A stretch of 64,000 bases of DNA from the NCBI GenBank assembly GCA_964234715.1, contig OZ174281.1, one strand, 5' to 3'. Under the pieces are notes generated by a model. That model saw nothing but the letters and a program-made list of their open reading frames with translations. It made no database searches and was not told the DNA's origin. The position numbers were made by a program, and so were the translations under genes. This DNA comes from Podarcis melisellensis (taxonomy: Eukaryota). This document shows positions 22,522 through 34,767 of the stretch, in pieces. Each line of letters starts with the position of its first letter. Position 1 is the first letter of the stretch.

Positions 22522-25312
22522 ATTTAGACTACAGCTCCCATCAGCTTTGTTGGCTGGTGGAGAACATCTGTACTGCAAGATCCAAGAGGAGCCTACTCAG
22601 AGTCGGTCTCCATTGCTTGGGAACAAGGACAAGTGCAAAGGAAAACAGACTACTGCCCCCTGCTGGATCTCTGGCATGCTGCTCTGCATCTGAGCATGGG
22701 CATTGCATTTGCCTGCTGACTGCCCTAATCCTGGAACCAGGCATTAACAGCATTCAACCTACATATACCGCCTTTGCCCTGCCCAACAGTGAAGCCAAGC
22801 AAGGACACAGTACAACTGGACAAGGAGAATTGGAAAACCGTACATGTTAATATGCTGTAAAGTGACTGCCATGTCCCAAACATGTACTTTTATGAGTTCT
22901 TAACCTTCGACCGCAACCAAAGACGGGACTCAAATCTCCTTTCCCCTCCAACGAGGATGCTTTCCAAACTACAAAAGGAAAAGTATCATTCATGTTGTTA
23001 GTAGCCAAGAACAAAGGATCCCATCATCACTGAATCAGGCATCACTTTATGTGATGCAGTTAATAGAGCCAACTTTAGCCCTCTCTCTAGATTAAAACCG
23101 GAGGTTTCGGATTTATACGGATATTACTTAAGGGCTTTCTTCTGGCAAAAAAACCCATCACTGTGCTGTGGGGCTTGTTTTAGCATGAGTGCCAAGAGTT
23201 CCATGTTTCAACCGATATATTTTTGTGGTATGGCTGGTTTTCTGCACTTCCAAGGTCATGACAAGTTCTGATTAAAACACAGTGTTCTGAAGCGGGGGGG
23301 GGGGGGAGTTCTGCAGCTCTTGCCACTGAATCGTTTCTTAGCTCTTTTTGCTCCAGATCTCAATGAAAAAATGATGAATCAGTCAATGAAATAAAGCTGC
23401 TGCTAGGTGCATGAAATATCCATTTTTAACAACAACAACAAAAACATTAACAACAACTTGCCACTGCTCTTCTCTGCATCCCAAAGGATAAACACAAGTC
23501 AAAAAGCATCACCACTTTTCTTCAACTTCAGTTACCCATATTTTAAGAGTAGTTGGAAAGAAAACAAACTGTGGAGAAACAAGCTATTGGGTTGTTTGAC
23601 CAGCTGTAGAAAAAACTTGTGGTTTGTTAAACAAACCATGGCTTAGTATTATGTGTGAACTACAGCACAAAGTGAACGCACTGCAGAAAACTTTGATTCA
23701 CTGCTATGCAATGTGTGTAATGTTCCTTAGAGAGTATGAAGTAAAATCACAGTTGCACAGCAAATAGCTCCAGCACCAAAACCTCACCAATTTTCATAGG
23801 AATTCTGCAGCAAACATGTTTCATAGCTAGGGCATTGATTCTCAAACAATGTGTTCAGCCAGAGGGGCTGAAATGCATCTTGAAAAATTAAAGTACTACA
23901 CTAGATGCACCCAACACTATATCGCCCAAAGCATTGAGCCAACATCTCTGTCCCAACATATCGTCTTGAAAGAGGCAAAGGATATACCAGGATTTCCTGG
24001 TATTCACAGCTGATGAGTGCAGGGCAATCGCAGAACCATCACTACAGTCTAGAAGTCACAAGACAAAGGGGAAAAGCAAGATGATAGGAGGCATTATTAA
24101 TGACTATTATGCATTTGCAATGATGATGTCTACCCATTTTTCTGGGATTTATCAAGAGTATGAAATTCTCTATTTCCAAGTGTCAAGGGCATCACCAATT
24201 TTCATCTAGAAAACGAAAAGTCAAAACTGTACCCCAGGTATCCATATGGATGTTGCTTAACAAAGACTTACAATTCTCTGCGTATTAAAATAAGAGAGAG
24301 AGCAGGGCATAACTAAAAATGCTTCGCAGGCAAGTTCATGATCATGTAATAATACAATGTTGGCTTATTAACACATGCATTTAGTAATGCATAACATAAA
24401 ATAGAAAAAAAATGTCTTTGCCTGATGAATTAGTAACTAAGATTTGAAGGCTCTTTAGGAATTATGTAAGTATATGTTTTTTCCCCTTCCTGAGACATTA
24501 CAAGAAATGATAGAACAAAAGTATCCACTTCAAAACCAAGGGGAATATTAAGAACCAACATACCCACAAACACACTTATTCTGGAGTAGTCATAGTGAAG
24601 TCACTGGGACTAATCCGGAGGAAGTGGTTTGAAGGCTATGACTAAGATTCATAGAAAGATTCATGAAAGAGCTAGGCAGGTGAACAGCTGGGTTTAGATG
24701 TCTGATGGGATGGCTCTTTGGGGTTCATCAGAGACCTTTTCAGCCCCAAGAAATTTGGCCTTTTTGGTTTCCATCAAATTTTGAGAGGTTCAGCCTTCTC
24801 AAATCAGCTTTGTAGCACTGAGAGTCGCCACAGAGCTGCTTCCCAATCAGTAATGCAAAAAGCCCCATTCTATGGAGGGCAGAACATTGTCCCACTGCTT
24901 ATGGGTCAAAACTAGACCCTTAAAATCACCCCTATTTAGCAGTTCAGCTTAGCTGGATCAAGGAAGTGAAACTCAGAGAGATGGTGCTTTAATATGTTTC
25001 TCTCCTACCTATTCATGCACCCTCAACATTCACATGCCAAGGTGTTATTAGCTCTGACAACCCCCTCCAGTTTTTCCACCTTTAATGGCCTTCAGAAAGG
25101 AGCTTCCAGCTAGTTCACACATACATGAACATAATGTGACCATCTGATGCAGAACACATAAACTGACTGCATAGAAAAGCACTGGGTTTGACTTGCAATG
25201 CAAATGGTGTTTGATTTGCGATGGCTCAAATCCTATGCGACTTCCCTTTTTTTTTTATTACCACCAAGTTATGAACCTAACATGCATGAATTAGCCCTAC
25301 AATACATTAGGG

Positions 25313-25448
25313 CAGTGTTTCCCAACCTTGTGCCTCCAGATGTTTTTGGCCTACAACTCCCATCATCCCTAGCTAGCAAGACCAGTGGTCAGGGATGATG
25401 GGAATTGTAGTTCAAAAACAGCTGGAGGCACAAGGTTGGGAAACACTG
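25313..25448. mobile_element. Palindromic hAT MITE
   Basis: near-perfect 136-bp inverted repeat; perfect 8-bp TSD cattaggg at 25305-25312 and 25449-25456. Confidence 0.92.
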
Positions 25449-26383
25449 CATTAGGGTGAACTGATATTTAAAAGGAGCAAGTGGGTGGGAAGAAAACGAT
25501 GGGGGTCTCTCACCTTATTGTGGTTTACATGCAATGAGGGTCGGCCCCCGTCTCTTCTAAAGCTCTTTGGAAGAATTCGAACCTCAGACCACATCCATCA
25601 CAGGCAGAAATTGTGCCCCTAAACTCAAGCTAACAAAAGCCCATTCAGGAGCAAATTGTTATTTCCTTAGACACCCTCCTCCTCTCTGCATGGGCACACG
25701 TGAAAATAGGTTTTTTTTTCCCTTTTAAAAAAAGACCTTCAAGTTCGTTAAAAGGGAGATTTCAACTGGAACTTCCTGTTTATGAATTGTGCACAAAAGA
25801 AGGCTTGAGAGACGGTCCGCACTGAGAGAAGGTAGGAAACACAGGCCTGCAGTGCATTAGCCGACAGACATGCCTCTCCACAGCACCCAGATGTGCTCTC
25901 TTCCAGGGGAGATTTTGCAGCCCATTGTTCTGGCCGACTCTGGCGAGGGTCGACAGCAACACATTTAACAACTTCCATCTGTGCCACAAAGGCTAGGGCT
26001 ACGCACTTCTTTCAGAACTGGCTCGCGTCCAAGAGTTACACCACCCTGCAAGCTACACTGGATACTTTACTGCATTCCAGCCTTCACCCTCTTTTCCTGA
26101 GCGCCCTTTCCCAGCAACCGCCTCACGGTAACACTATCCCTCAAGTAGAAACGGAGAGATATATTACATGCACGCACCATCGTGATACTGGATGTGAATG
26201 TTTTCGGTTGTTTTTTTTTAAGTACTTAACGAGGAAATCTCGTGTGTTCCATTTGAGCCATAAATCTTACCTGAAGTACAGCCGGAATCAATTACGGCAA
26301 CAAATCCTGGGCACAAATATGAGAGCCCTACGTGAGCAACACCTAACCCCACTCTTTTTCAGCCTCTCTATGTAGGAGCTGAA

Positions 26384-26735
26384 GGGACACGGGTGGTGCT
26401 GTGGGTTAAACCACAGAGCCGAGGACTTGCTGATCAGAAGGTCGGCGGTTCGAATCCCCGCGACGGGGTGAGCTCCCGCTGCTTGGTCCCTGCTCCTGCC
26501 AACCTAGCAGTTCAAAAGCACCTCAGAGTGCAAGTAGATAAATAGGTACCACTCCAGCGGGAAGGTAAAGGGTGTTTCCGTGTGCTGCTCTGGTTCGCCA
26601 GAAGCGGCTTAGTCATGCTGGCCACATGACCCGGAAGCTGTACTCTGGCTCCCTCGGCCAATAAAGCGAGATGAGCCCCGTAACCCCAGAGTCGGTCACG
26701 ACTGGACCTAATGGTCAGGGGTCCCTTTACCTTTT
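26384..26735 (+). mobile_element. Sauria (Squam1) SINE, full length
   Basis: gggacacgggtggtgctgtgggttaaacc...ccctttaccttt; imperfect TSD tatgtag(g/c)agct. Confidence 0.95.
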
Positions 26736-26835
26736 ATGTAGCAGCTACAAGCTCTCTCTGCAGGGCGATAAAACGCACACAACAGGAAGCGGTGCCCCCA
26801 CAGAAAGGGATACACATGCCCCAGTCCAGATTACG

Positions 26836-26962
26836 GAATCAAAGATTCGTAGAATTGGACGGGACCAGGGAGGTTCGCCTAGTCCGACCCCCTGCAATGC
26901 TGGAACCATCCACCCAACGTGGGACTCGAATCCACAATCCCGAGATTACGAGTCTCATGCTT
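26836..26962 (-). mobile_element. tRNA-derived SINE with CR1-like tail
   Basis: minus-strand B box-like gattcgagtccc and CR1-like tail (cattgcagggggtcggactagg). Confidence 0.65.
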
Positions 26963-27544
26963 GTGGATCTTAAAGACTTGTGAGACCTGTTTCTTTTCCT
27001 CAATTTATACTGTTCTCTTCCATTTGGGATGATTTTGTTTTATAATTGTTTTGTCTGTTTTATAAACAGATAAATGAAGTGGAAAATCAGAATGCATTTG
27101 GATCGTGGGGATCAGATGCGCTGAATCTGCGCTACAGCTCCCCGAAAATGATAGTCCCACGTGGACATGTCTTGCAGTGCTTGGCAATACTCAGTGTGTG
27201 CAGTCTCATGCCAAGAATGGAGCATTTTCTGCTCTGGAAAACATAGGGCAGCCCAGGCTTACTTTCATGGGTCTCCATTTGCGCATGTTTGATTAGGGTT
27301 AATAGGATTTTTTAATAACTAAAAGGCAAAACTAATAGAACCCTCCTCCCACTATTTCCTGTTACACTACAGAATGCATTAACATGTCTCATGTTTCTTT
27401 CGGTTTCCATCCATACTGTTCCATGTTACCTTTGAAATTTACCAGGGAAACATGGCTTCGTATGATCTGTTAAGGAAGTAGGAAGGTATGCCTCTGGTTA
27501 TTTGAAAATAAAAATCAAGTGTGTCCATTACACAATCCAATATA

Positions 27545-27805
27545 CAGTGGATGCTCGGGTCGCGAACGTGATCCGTGCGGGATGCACGTTCATAACCCGC
27601 AGCGTTCGCAACCCGCAGCGGCACGTCTGAGCATGCGCGGGTTGCGATTCAGTGATTCTGCGCATGCACAAAGCGCGATTTAGCTCTTCTGTGCATGCGC
27701 GACCTCCGAAACCTGGAAGTAACCCGTTCCGGTACTTCGGGGTTTCAGAGCATCCATAACCTGAACAAACACAACCTGAAGGGTCTGTAAACCGAGGTAT
27801 GACTG
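27545..27805. mobile_element. Tc1/mariner-Tigger-like MITE
   Basis: TA-cagtggatgctcgg...ccgaggtatgactg-TA. Confidence 0.8.
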
Positions 27806-29367
27806 TACATTTCCACTGCTCCCTACAGTGGAAAAAAAATCTATTATTATTATTAATTTATTAAATTTGTATCTGTAGATAACGATGTTTTTGTTTTACT
27901 CTAATCTCTCCCTGTTACATTTCCCTAAAGAATCTTACATTGGGGCAGAAAATGCGGTAACAGTTTCTCTTCTCATTCTTCCTGGGAGAAGACTTTCTCT
28001 ATAACAACTTGTCGACTGTTTTGTTTTTAAGGCATTATGATGTAGTAACACAAAGGATTTTAATCTAGCTTTTAAAACATGTATGAATTTCAATACTCAA
28101 AGAAAAAGTTTGGTGGGAAAGCATGCTTGCTGCCCAGCCAACATCCCAGTACTGCAAAGTGTGATATAGCAACTATAGATGCCTGGAGGAGAATCAATAT
28201 TGAAAGGGGTCTGTCTATTTTAAATAGAAGTGACCATATATCAAAGAGGAGGCTGAATCTTACAAATTTCAGTTCTTATTTACAGACATGCAATATGTAC
28301 AACGGTAATTAATGAGGTTTCGGTTTATACAATTTCAGTCATTTCTGATGACTTGCCCCCAGAGCATCCTATATAGGTGTGAACAATGTGAGGAGTTCTA
28401 CACAGACCAAAAGGAAACAGGATAAAAAAAACACACACCAGAATGGACTGCACAACACCCAGGAACTATATAGACTTCCTGCCAGGTGATTCAGCTCATT
28501 GGAATGCAAGCCATTTGCTAGCCATTCTTAACTAGAGGCGTAAGTGGGAAAACATTAGGGTGGCCTTGGAAAGATTGATTTCTGCCCTATAATGTGCAAC
28601 AATGATTAATAAAGTCGGGAGGCTTTGACAGACCTCGAAAAGAGGAAAAATGAATAAGCCTAAATGCCAATGCATGGAAGTAATAGTTTCACTTAATTTT
28701 TAGATAGTCATCAGCATGCATAGCGCATTGGCCACAAACATGAGCTTGAGATAATCAGATTCTTGCATGAAAGCAAAATTCTCTTATGATGCATTTCTGC
28801 CTCATGTTTTCCCTCTTAGGTTGCTCACAGGTCCAGTATGCTTTTAAAAATGTGCCATCTAGCCAGGTGCACTTACTTCCTGCTGCTTGTGCCCAGCGTG
28901 ATCATGCTCTATGAGCCTAAGCAGGCAAATGCAATGTGCTTTATCTACCTGGTTTGGTACAGCATTTATCCGAACGACACTGCAGGCTGTGGCATCTGAG
29001 AAACATTCCTGCTAAGTAACGCATCTGGGAGGTTGTCAGATGTTCCTCAGAGAAGTTTATGCTATCTTTGGAGCTGGAATTTATCATGAACAGCACAGTG
29101 AGATCTACAGACTTTTCAAAAGGCACACGAACTCTTCCACTACGAAGGACATGAAAGGTACACAGTTCCATGCTGTTTCCAATTCATTTCAGACATTTGT
29201 CACACATCAGCCGTACCTTGCGGTAATTTTTCCACAGTTGAAACTCCTTCAGCCCAGATGCATGCCCCAGGTTCAGTCTACCCAAACTGTTCCTAATTCA
29301 CTTTGAGCTTGCAATCCTAACTGGTAAGCAGTTGTGAAGCCAGTGGGATTTGATTCTGAGTAAGTTA

Positions 29368-29689
29368 TAAACCACAGAGCCTAGGGCTTGCCGATCAGAA
29401 GGTCGGCGGTTCGAATCCTCATGATGGGGTGAGCTCCCGTTGCTCAGTCCCTGCTCCTGCTAACCTAGCAGTTAAAAAGCACATCAAAGTGCAAGTAGAT
29501 AAATAGGTACCGCTCTGGCGGGAAGGTAAACGGCATTTCCGTGCGCTGCTCTGGTTTGCCAGTCATGCTGGCCACATGACCCGGAAGCTCTACGCCGGCT
29601 CCCTCAGCCAATAAAGCGAGATGAGCGCCGCAACCCCAGAGTCCGGCACGACTGGACCTAATGGTCAGGGGTCCCTTTACCTTTATCTT
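29368..29689 (+). mobile_element. Sauria SINE, slightly 5'-truncated
   Basis: consensus body; TSD taagttataaa on both sides. Confidence 0.93.
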
Positions 29690-30700
29690 TAAGTTATAAA
29701 CAGGATCAGGCTGCACATGAACATTAGAATGCCTTAGACCCTTAGAATGCCAGTGGCTGCATTTAGATTACATTCAAGATAAGTAGGGAAACATAAAGAT
29801 CCAGATACATTTTAATCAACCTCTATGACAATGGGTTTCAACAGTCTCTAGTGCAAATCCTTGTAATTTCTATTCATCAAGCAATTTTCAAGTATCCCAT
29901 TCCTTTCACCCAAAGAAACAGAGACCTTTAAAATTTATTACCCTGGTTAGATTTAAGTTAACGGCTGCTCATGCCGGCAGACTAAACAAGCCACAGAAGA
30001 AGATAAAACTTGTTTTGGAACAGATAATGACATCTGATAATATTGAGAGCCAATCAACCCATTTGTTGGATGGCTGGTCTGGTACAACAGGCAAACAGAA
30101 AAATCTGATCCCTGATAGGTTTGTGTATCTTTGTGATAGTGTATAGAAGACACACAGTTAGCATTGATGTATTAATAGACTGTATCCTTTTTGATTCCTG
30201 ACTTGCCTGATCATATTTAATTGGAAATGTTTGATTTGTAGATGTTTGAATCTTTTTTCCCCTTGAAGGTTTTCAAAAATTTGCATAAGATAAATGACAT
30301 TTTAGATCATGCATTGCCCCCCCCCCCGCATCAACCTTCATTTCATGCAAATGGAAAGCGGCTTCATTCTGCTACAGATAAATATTCTTAGGCAGACTAT
30401 TGGACAGGAACAGCTCTGCTACTCTTCCCCATTCTGGCTTGCAAATCCCCATTTCCACCCCCACCCCCCTGTCTCCCTTTACAGCAATTTAGGAATGGAA
30501 AGAATAGCATCGCTGTGCTTGTATCTTCTAGAAATAAGAGTCTGATAGAAGTTATTTGAAGTACACTTGGTCTCCCCTTTGCTGGTATTAAGCCCACAGC
30601 ATGCTATATTGTTCACCTAAACACATCTGCTTCGGAAAAGGAGGGGAAGCAACCCTCTGCTCTCCTCCCGCCCAAACCAATATTTGCCTGCCATCTGTAC

Positions 30701-30803
30701 CTAAGTCCAGGATCCAGTATTTGCAGCTGCCCGGCTGCCCATTTCCACAGTACGGCGAATGAAGAGATTCCAGGGTGTCAATTTGCTCAACTCCGTTTGA
30801 CAT
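30701..30803 (-). CDS. Candidate alternative first coding exon of an internal (Duet-like) TRIO isoform
   Basis: gccATG, 34 codons MSNGVEQIDTLESLHSPYCGNGQPGSCKYWILDL + G|gtacag; phase 1 fits the acceptor at 14587. Confidence 0.5.
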
Positions 30804-32027
30804 GGCAAACTGTTTGCTTGCTGCAAAAGTCCTGCAGAGGATTTCCACACACCGTGCTCTCCTCCTTCTCCTTCTCCTCCTCCTCCTTCCCTCTGAGAAC
30901 TCCTTAGCTAAGAACTGAGAGCAGAATAACAGCTCTTTTAAAGCCCCTTGTCGTAGCTTCAGTGCAGCGACTCCCTTCAGGGGATGCTCTCCTCTGACTC
31001 ACTTGCACAGCGCAGCTCCAGATTTTAGGCTCACACGTGGGAATAGCCAGATGCGATGGCTTACCCTCTACCGTAACTAGCCTAACTGAAGTTCAAGAAA
31101 AATTCTTGGCTCCGCCGACAACTAGCTCATTCGGTCCCTCTGGGAGGCTGGAGTGCAATTCAGCGAACAGAAAGGACCGTGGATGGTTAATTCCACGATG
31201 CAAAAGCAAGGGACCAGCCCATCCAGCAGTAAGGCCTTCTCCTAGTCAAGCTAATAAAAAGCACATTGCTGTATCATGAAATTAAGCTCGAAAATCATGA
31301 GTTAGGCATTCTTTTCCAGTGCTACCTTAATTTTCAACTTATGGCTATCCCAATCATAAACACCAGAAGCTACTTGCCAAAAGGGAGGGAGAAAATGCCA
31401 CGACATATCACTGTTTTGTGTGTGATTGGTTAGTGTAAATGCTCACATATATTTTTGGCTATTTCGATTCTAGTGAATGTTTAGAACTGAGGGAAAAAAT
31501 GGTTCCACACCACTTTATGATACAGAAATGATTCTGCCATTCCTTGGGAACTTTTCCTATACTAGCGAAGGTCTCTTCAAATATTATGAGAAAGCCTGTA
31601 TGTACACTGTCAAATATAGCATCACATACATATGCGTTTCTGTGTGTATATATGGAATATCTGTGTGGGAAGACAGTGGCCAATAGGAGGTGCTATTTTT
31701 AAGCTCTACCTTCTTAAACAGGATGCAGCCATTAGCAACTATATATTTACAGAAGTATCACAAAATGTTTGTTGAAGACATTTTCATCTTAGTTTGAGTG
31801 TCATAATGGCTACAAAGTATTATCACTGTGCAACTCCTGTAGCCAATGTGATTGATGTTCTTTTTGCAATTTACCGGTAATTGTTTAGGCCTTCTTTTAT
31901 AAATTACAGCAAAGAAATCCTTCCCCACACCAGCTGCTTTGGGGGGCAAAGGAAGGCAGAGTCTTCCCTTCTAAAGTAACTGTATTGGACAATGGGGGTC
32001 AGAGACAACAGCCCCTTTGGTCCAAAC

Positions 32028-32350
32028 CAAGGGTCAGCAACTTTTCTCAGCTGTGGGCCGGTCCACCGTCCCTCAGACCATGTGGTGGGCTGGACTATAT
32101 TTTGAAGGGGAAAAAATGAAGGAATTCCTATGCCCCACAAATAACCCAGAGATGCATTTTAAATAAAAGCACACATTCTACTCATGTAAAAACACCAGGC
32201 AGGCCCCACAAATAACCCAGAGATGCATTTTAAATAAAAGGACACATTCTACTCATGTAAAAACATGCTGAAACCCGGACCGTCTGTGGGCTGGATTGAG
32301 AAGGCGATTGGGCAGTATCCGGCCCCTGGGCCTTAGGCTGGCTGCCCCTG
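32028..32350. mobile_element. hAT-like MITE with an internal ~71-bp tandem duplication
   Basis: caagggtcagcaa...gctgcccctg; degenerate 8-bp TSD gtccaaac/gtccgatc; repeat ccccacaaataacccagagatgc at 32133 and 32204. Confidence 0.8.
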
Positions 32351-34697
32351 GTCCGATCTATACAACAAACACTTTGCCAACATGCAGTAAACCTGACACG
32401 CTATGGCAAGAAGAAGCTGGGAATTTAGAGGAGGTTGCAAAAAGGCCTTTCTCTGTTCCTTGGCCCTTCCACCTTGCCAAGAAAACATGGTTTGCCAGCA
32501 AAACCCACCTTTTCTTCTTTTATTGTAAGACATAGTCGTAGGACGTTCTATAAATTATTATGTCCATGAAAGCCGCAGGAAATTGCAGAATCTAACTTTT
32601 AAGTATGGCCCCTCCTGCACCCTTCCCATTAAAGCTGGTTGTGTAAGAAAGCTTAGGTGGGTGGTTGCGTTTTATAAAGGCTCCAAGGACTCCTTATTTA
32701 TGCAGGCCCTTCCGTGCTAAAATATTGGCTTAGTAGTTGTTGTCCCTCTGCCTGCTTTTAAGTTCCTGCTTTCATTGATTTTTTGATGTATGTTACTGTG
32801 AATACTGCTCCTCATTTTTGAGGATTTTATATTGAAGAGAATACGGGATTAATAGATGGAGCATTTGGTGTGGGAGTTCTTCTGAACTACTGAACAAATT
32901 TCTCTCTGTTACGCACTTTACAATAATTCCCTAGCCTTATAAATCACAATTTGTCATTTTGGCAAAATGCAACTTGGAAATCATGCTGAATTGCTCAAAC
33001 TCACAGGACGCAAGGCCACCCAATCCCAAAAGTCAAAAGGTCCAACATAAGGCCGCAACTGTTCAATGCTTGGATTAAAACGCAAGTTACACAAATTACC
33101 AGGAATTTTATTTACAGTACACATTTCCTGTAAGGAGAGAGGCAGGGAGTGCTTGCTCATGAACTCAGCAGCAAAGAATCATTCCATCCTGCCAGTTTCA
33201 TCTTTGTTCTCCGCCCTTAACTACCTTGGCCTCGGCCAAAAAAGCTGCACAATCTTCCCCAACAAGAAAGCTTCAGTAAATCATTTGGGGGGTCAATACT
33301 TTCTGGGTAAGCACAATGTGACTTTATAACAAATTCTGGACACAGTTCTTCTTGCCTTTACTGTACAATGTGCCTACAGTTTCAGCACTACCAGCACAGC
33401 TGCACCCAGTAGGGTTTTGGTTTCTTAAGTTATAAACACAAAGATTGCCCTGTTCATTGAATTCTCGCGGTTCCTTCTACTCCACAGATATTTTTTTTAA
33501 AAGCCAGTTTGCAAAGGAACTGAATGACTAGAAAACTGTTTCTTTTGGAAAACATCTAGGGTATTATTTCATGTAGCTTTGCATCCTTGCAAACAAAAGC
33601 AATTTTTTTTACTGGGTCAGCCAGATGCTGACCCATTTGAGTGCAAATGGCCCAAAGGCCTTTTCTTCCAAGTGCTCAATAATTCACTGCATCTCCACCC
33701 CACACCCCCCCCTGCCTGCAAGACACAGCCAACAGCTCTGCTTTCTTTACAGTATCCTATTAAAGGCCTTTTCGAAATTGATGGGAGATGGCCTGAAAGG
33801 CTCAGGAATTGCTTCAAGGTGGTCAAAAAGACTGCATAAAGAATTCCGCCTTCTAACTTTTGTTGTTTGTGAAAAAGAAGTGACTGCTCAAATGTGGACT
33901 GTTAAATGAAGCCACAGCTGGAACAAGGAACATTCAGGTGTGGCAAATGCGTCTCAGCTTCTAGCTCGCCTGACTTTACAAATCTTGCCAAAACTGATGC
34001 AAGTGAATGAGACATTAGCACAATGGGAGATAATAAAAAAACCCTGAGCAAGACATCAGAATGTCCACATTTATGACTAACTAGGATTTCATTTAACCCA
34101 TTCACGTTCTCTGAGGAGCTCCAAAATTGAGCGGTGAAAGTGTGGCAATTCACAACTAAGCAATTAATTAGCCGACTAATTGGAAGCAAAATCCTGAGCT
34201 TCTGAATATGCATGCCTTAGAACACTTACTGGCAAAATTATGACTCAAGCATACAGATCCCCAACTCTGCTTTAATTTTTCAAGGCACTGTCAAGGAAAT
34301 ACAGAATAAACCAACATAGATAATACCTAAATCCTTTTGCCTTACCAGATGATTCAGTTATGTTTTATGGTAAATGCTGGCCAGGAATAAGCTTACTTAC
34401 GTTACTGAAACCCCAAAAGTTGCAAGAGATTTGCAACACCATTTGCCCAAGACTCAGAATCACTAAAACTGAACTGCTTGCCATTTTTCTGCAAGTTTGT
34501 TATGGATTTTTTAAATTTATGTTTAGAAGACACTCAGGTGCTATCATGGAAGTCCTCTTAATCCATAAAAGCCCTTAAACGCTATATCACAAACTGCTTT
34601 TCAAAGTCCTGATAACATCAGAAACAGTTTGTCATGCGGCCTAGTGGCACGTGGAATTAATTGCACGCCCAAGGAAAGACTGGCCACAATGTTCAAA

Positions 34698-34767
34698 GCA
34701 GCTGTTTGGGACTTCTTGTTTCCGTGTTTGTGGACAAACACGGAAACAAGAAGTCCCAAACAGCTGC
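34698..34767. repeat. Perfect inverted repeat: 34-bp arms, 2-nt spacer
   Basis: gcagctgtttgggacttcttgtttccgtgtttgt-gg-acaaacacggaaacaagaagtcccaaacagctgc. Confidence 0.97.
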
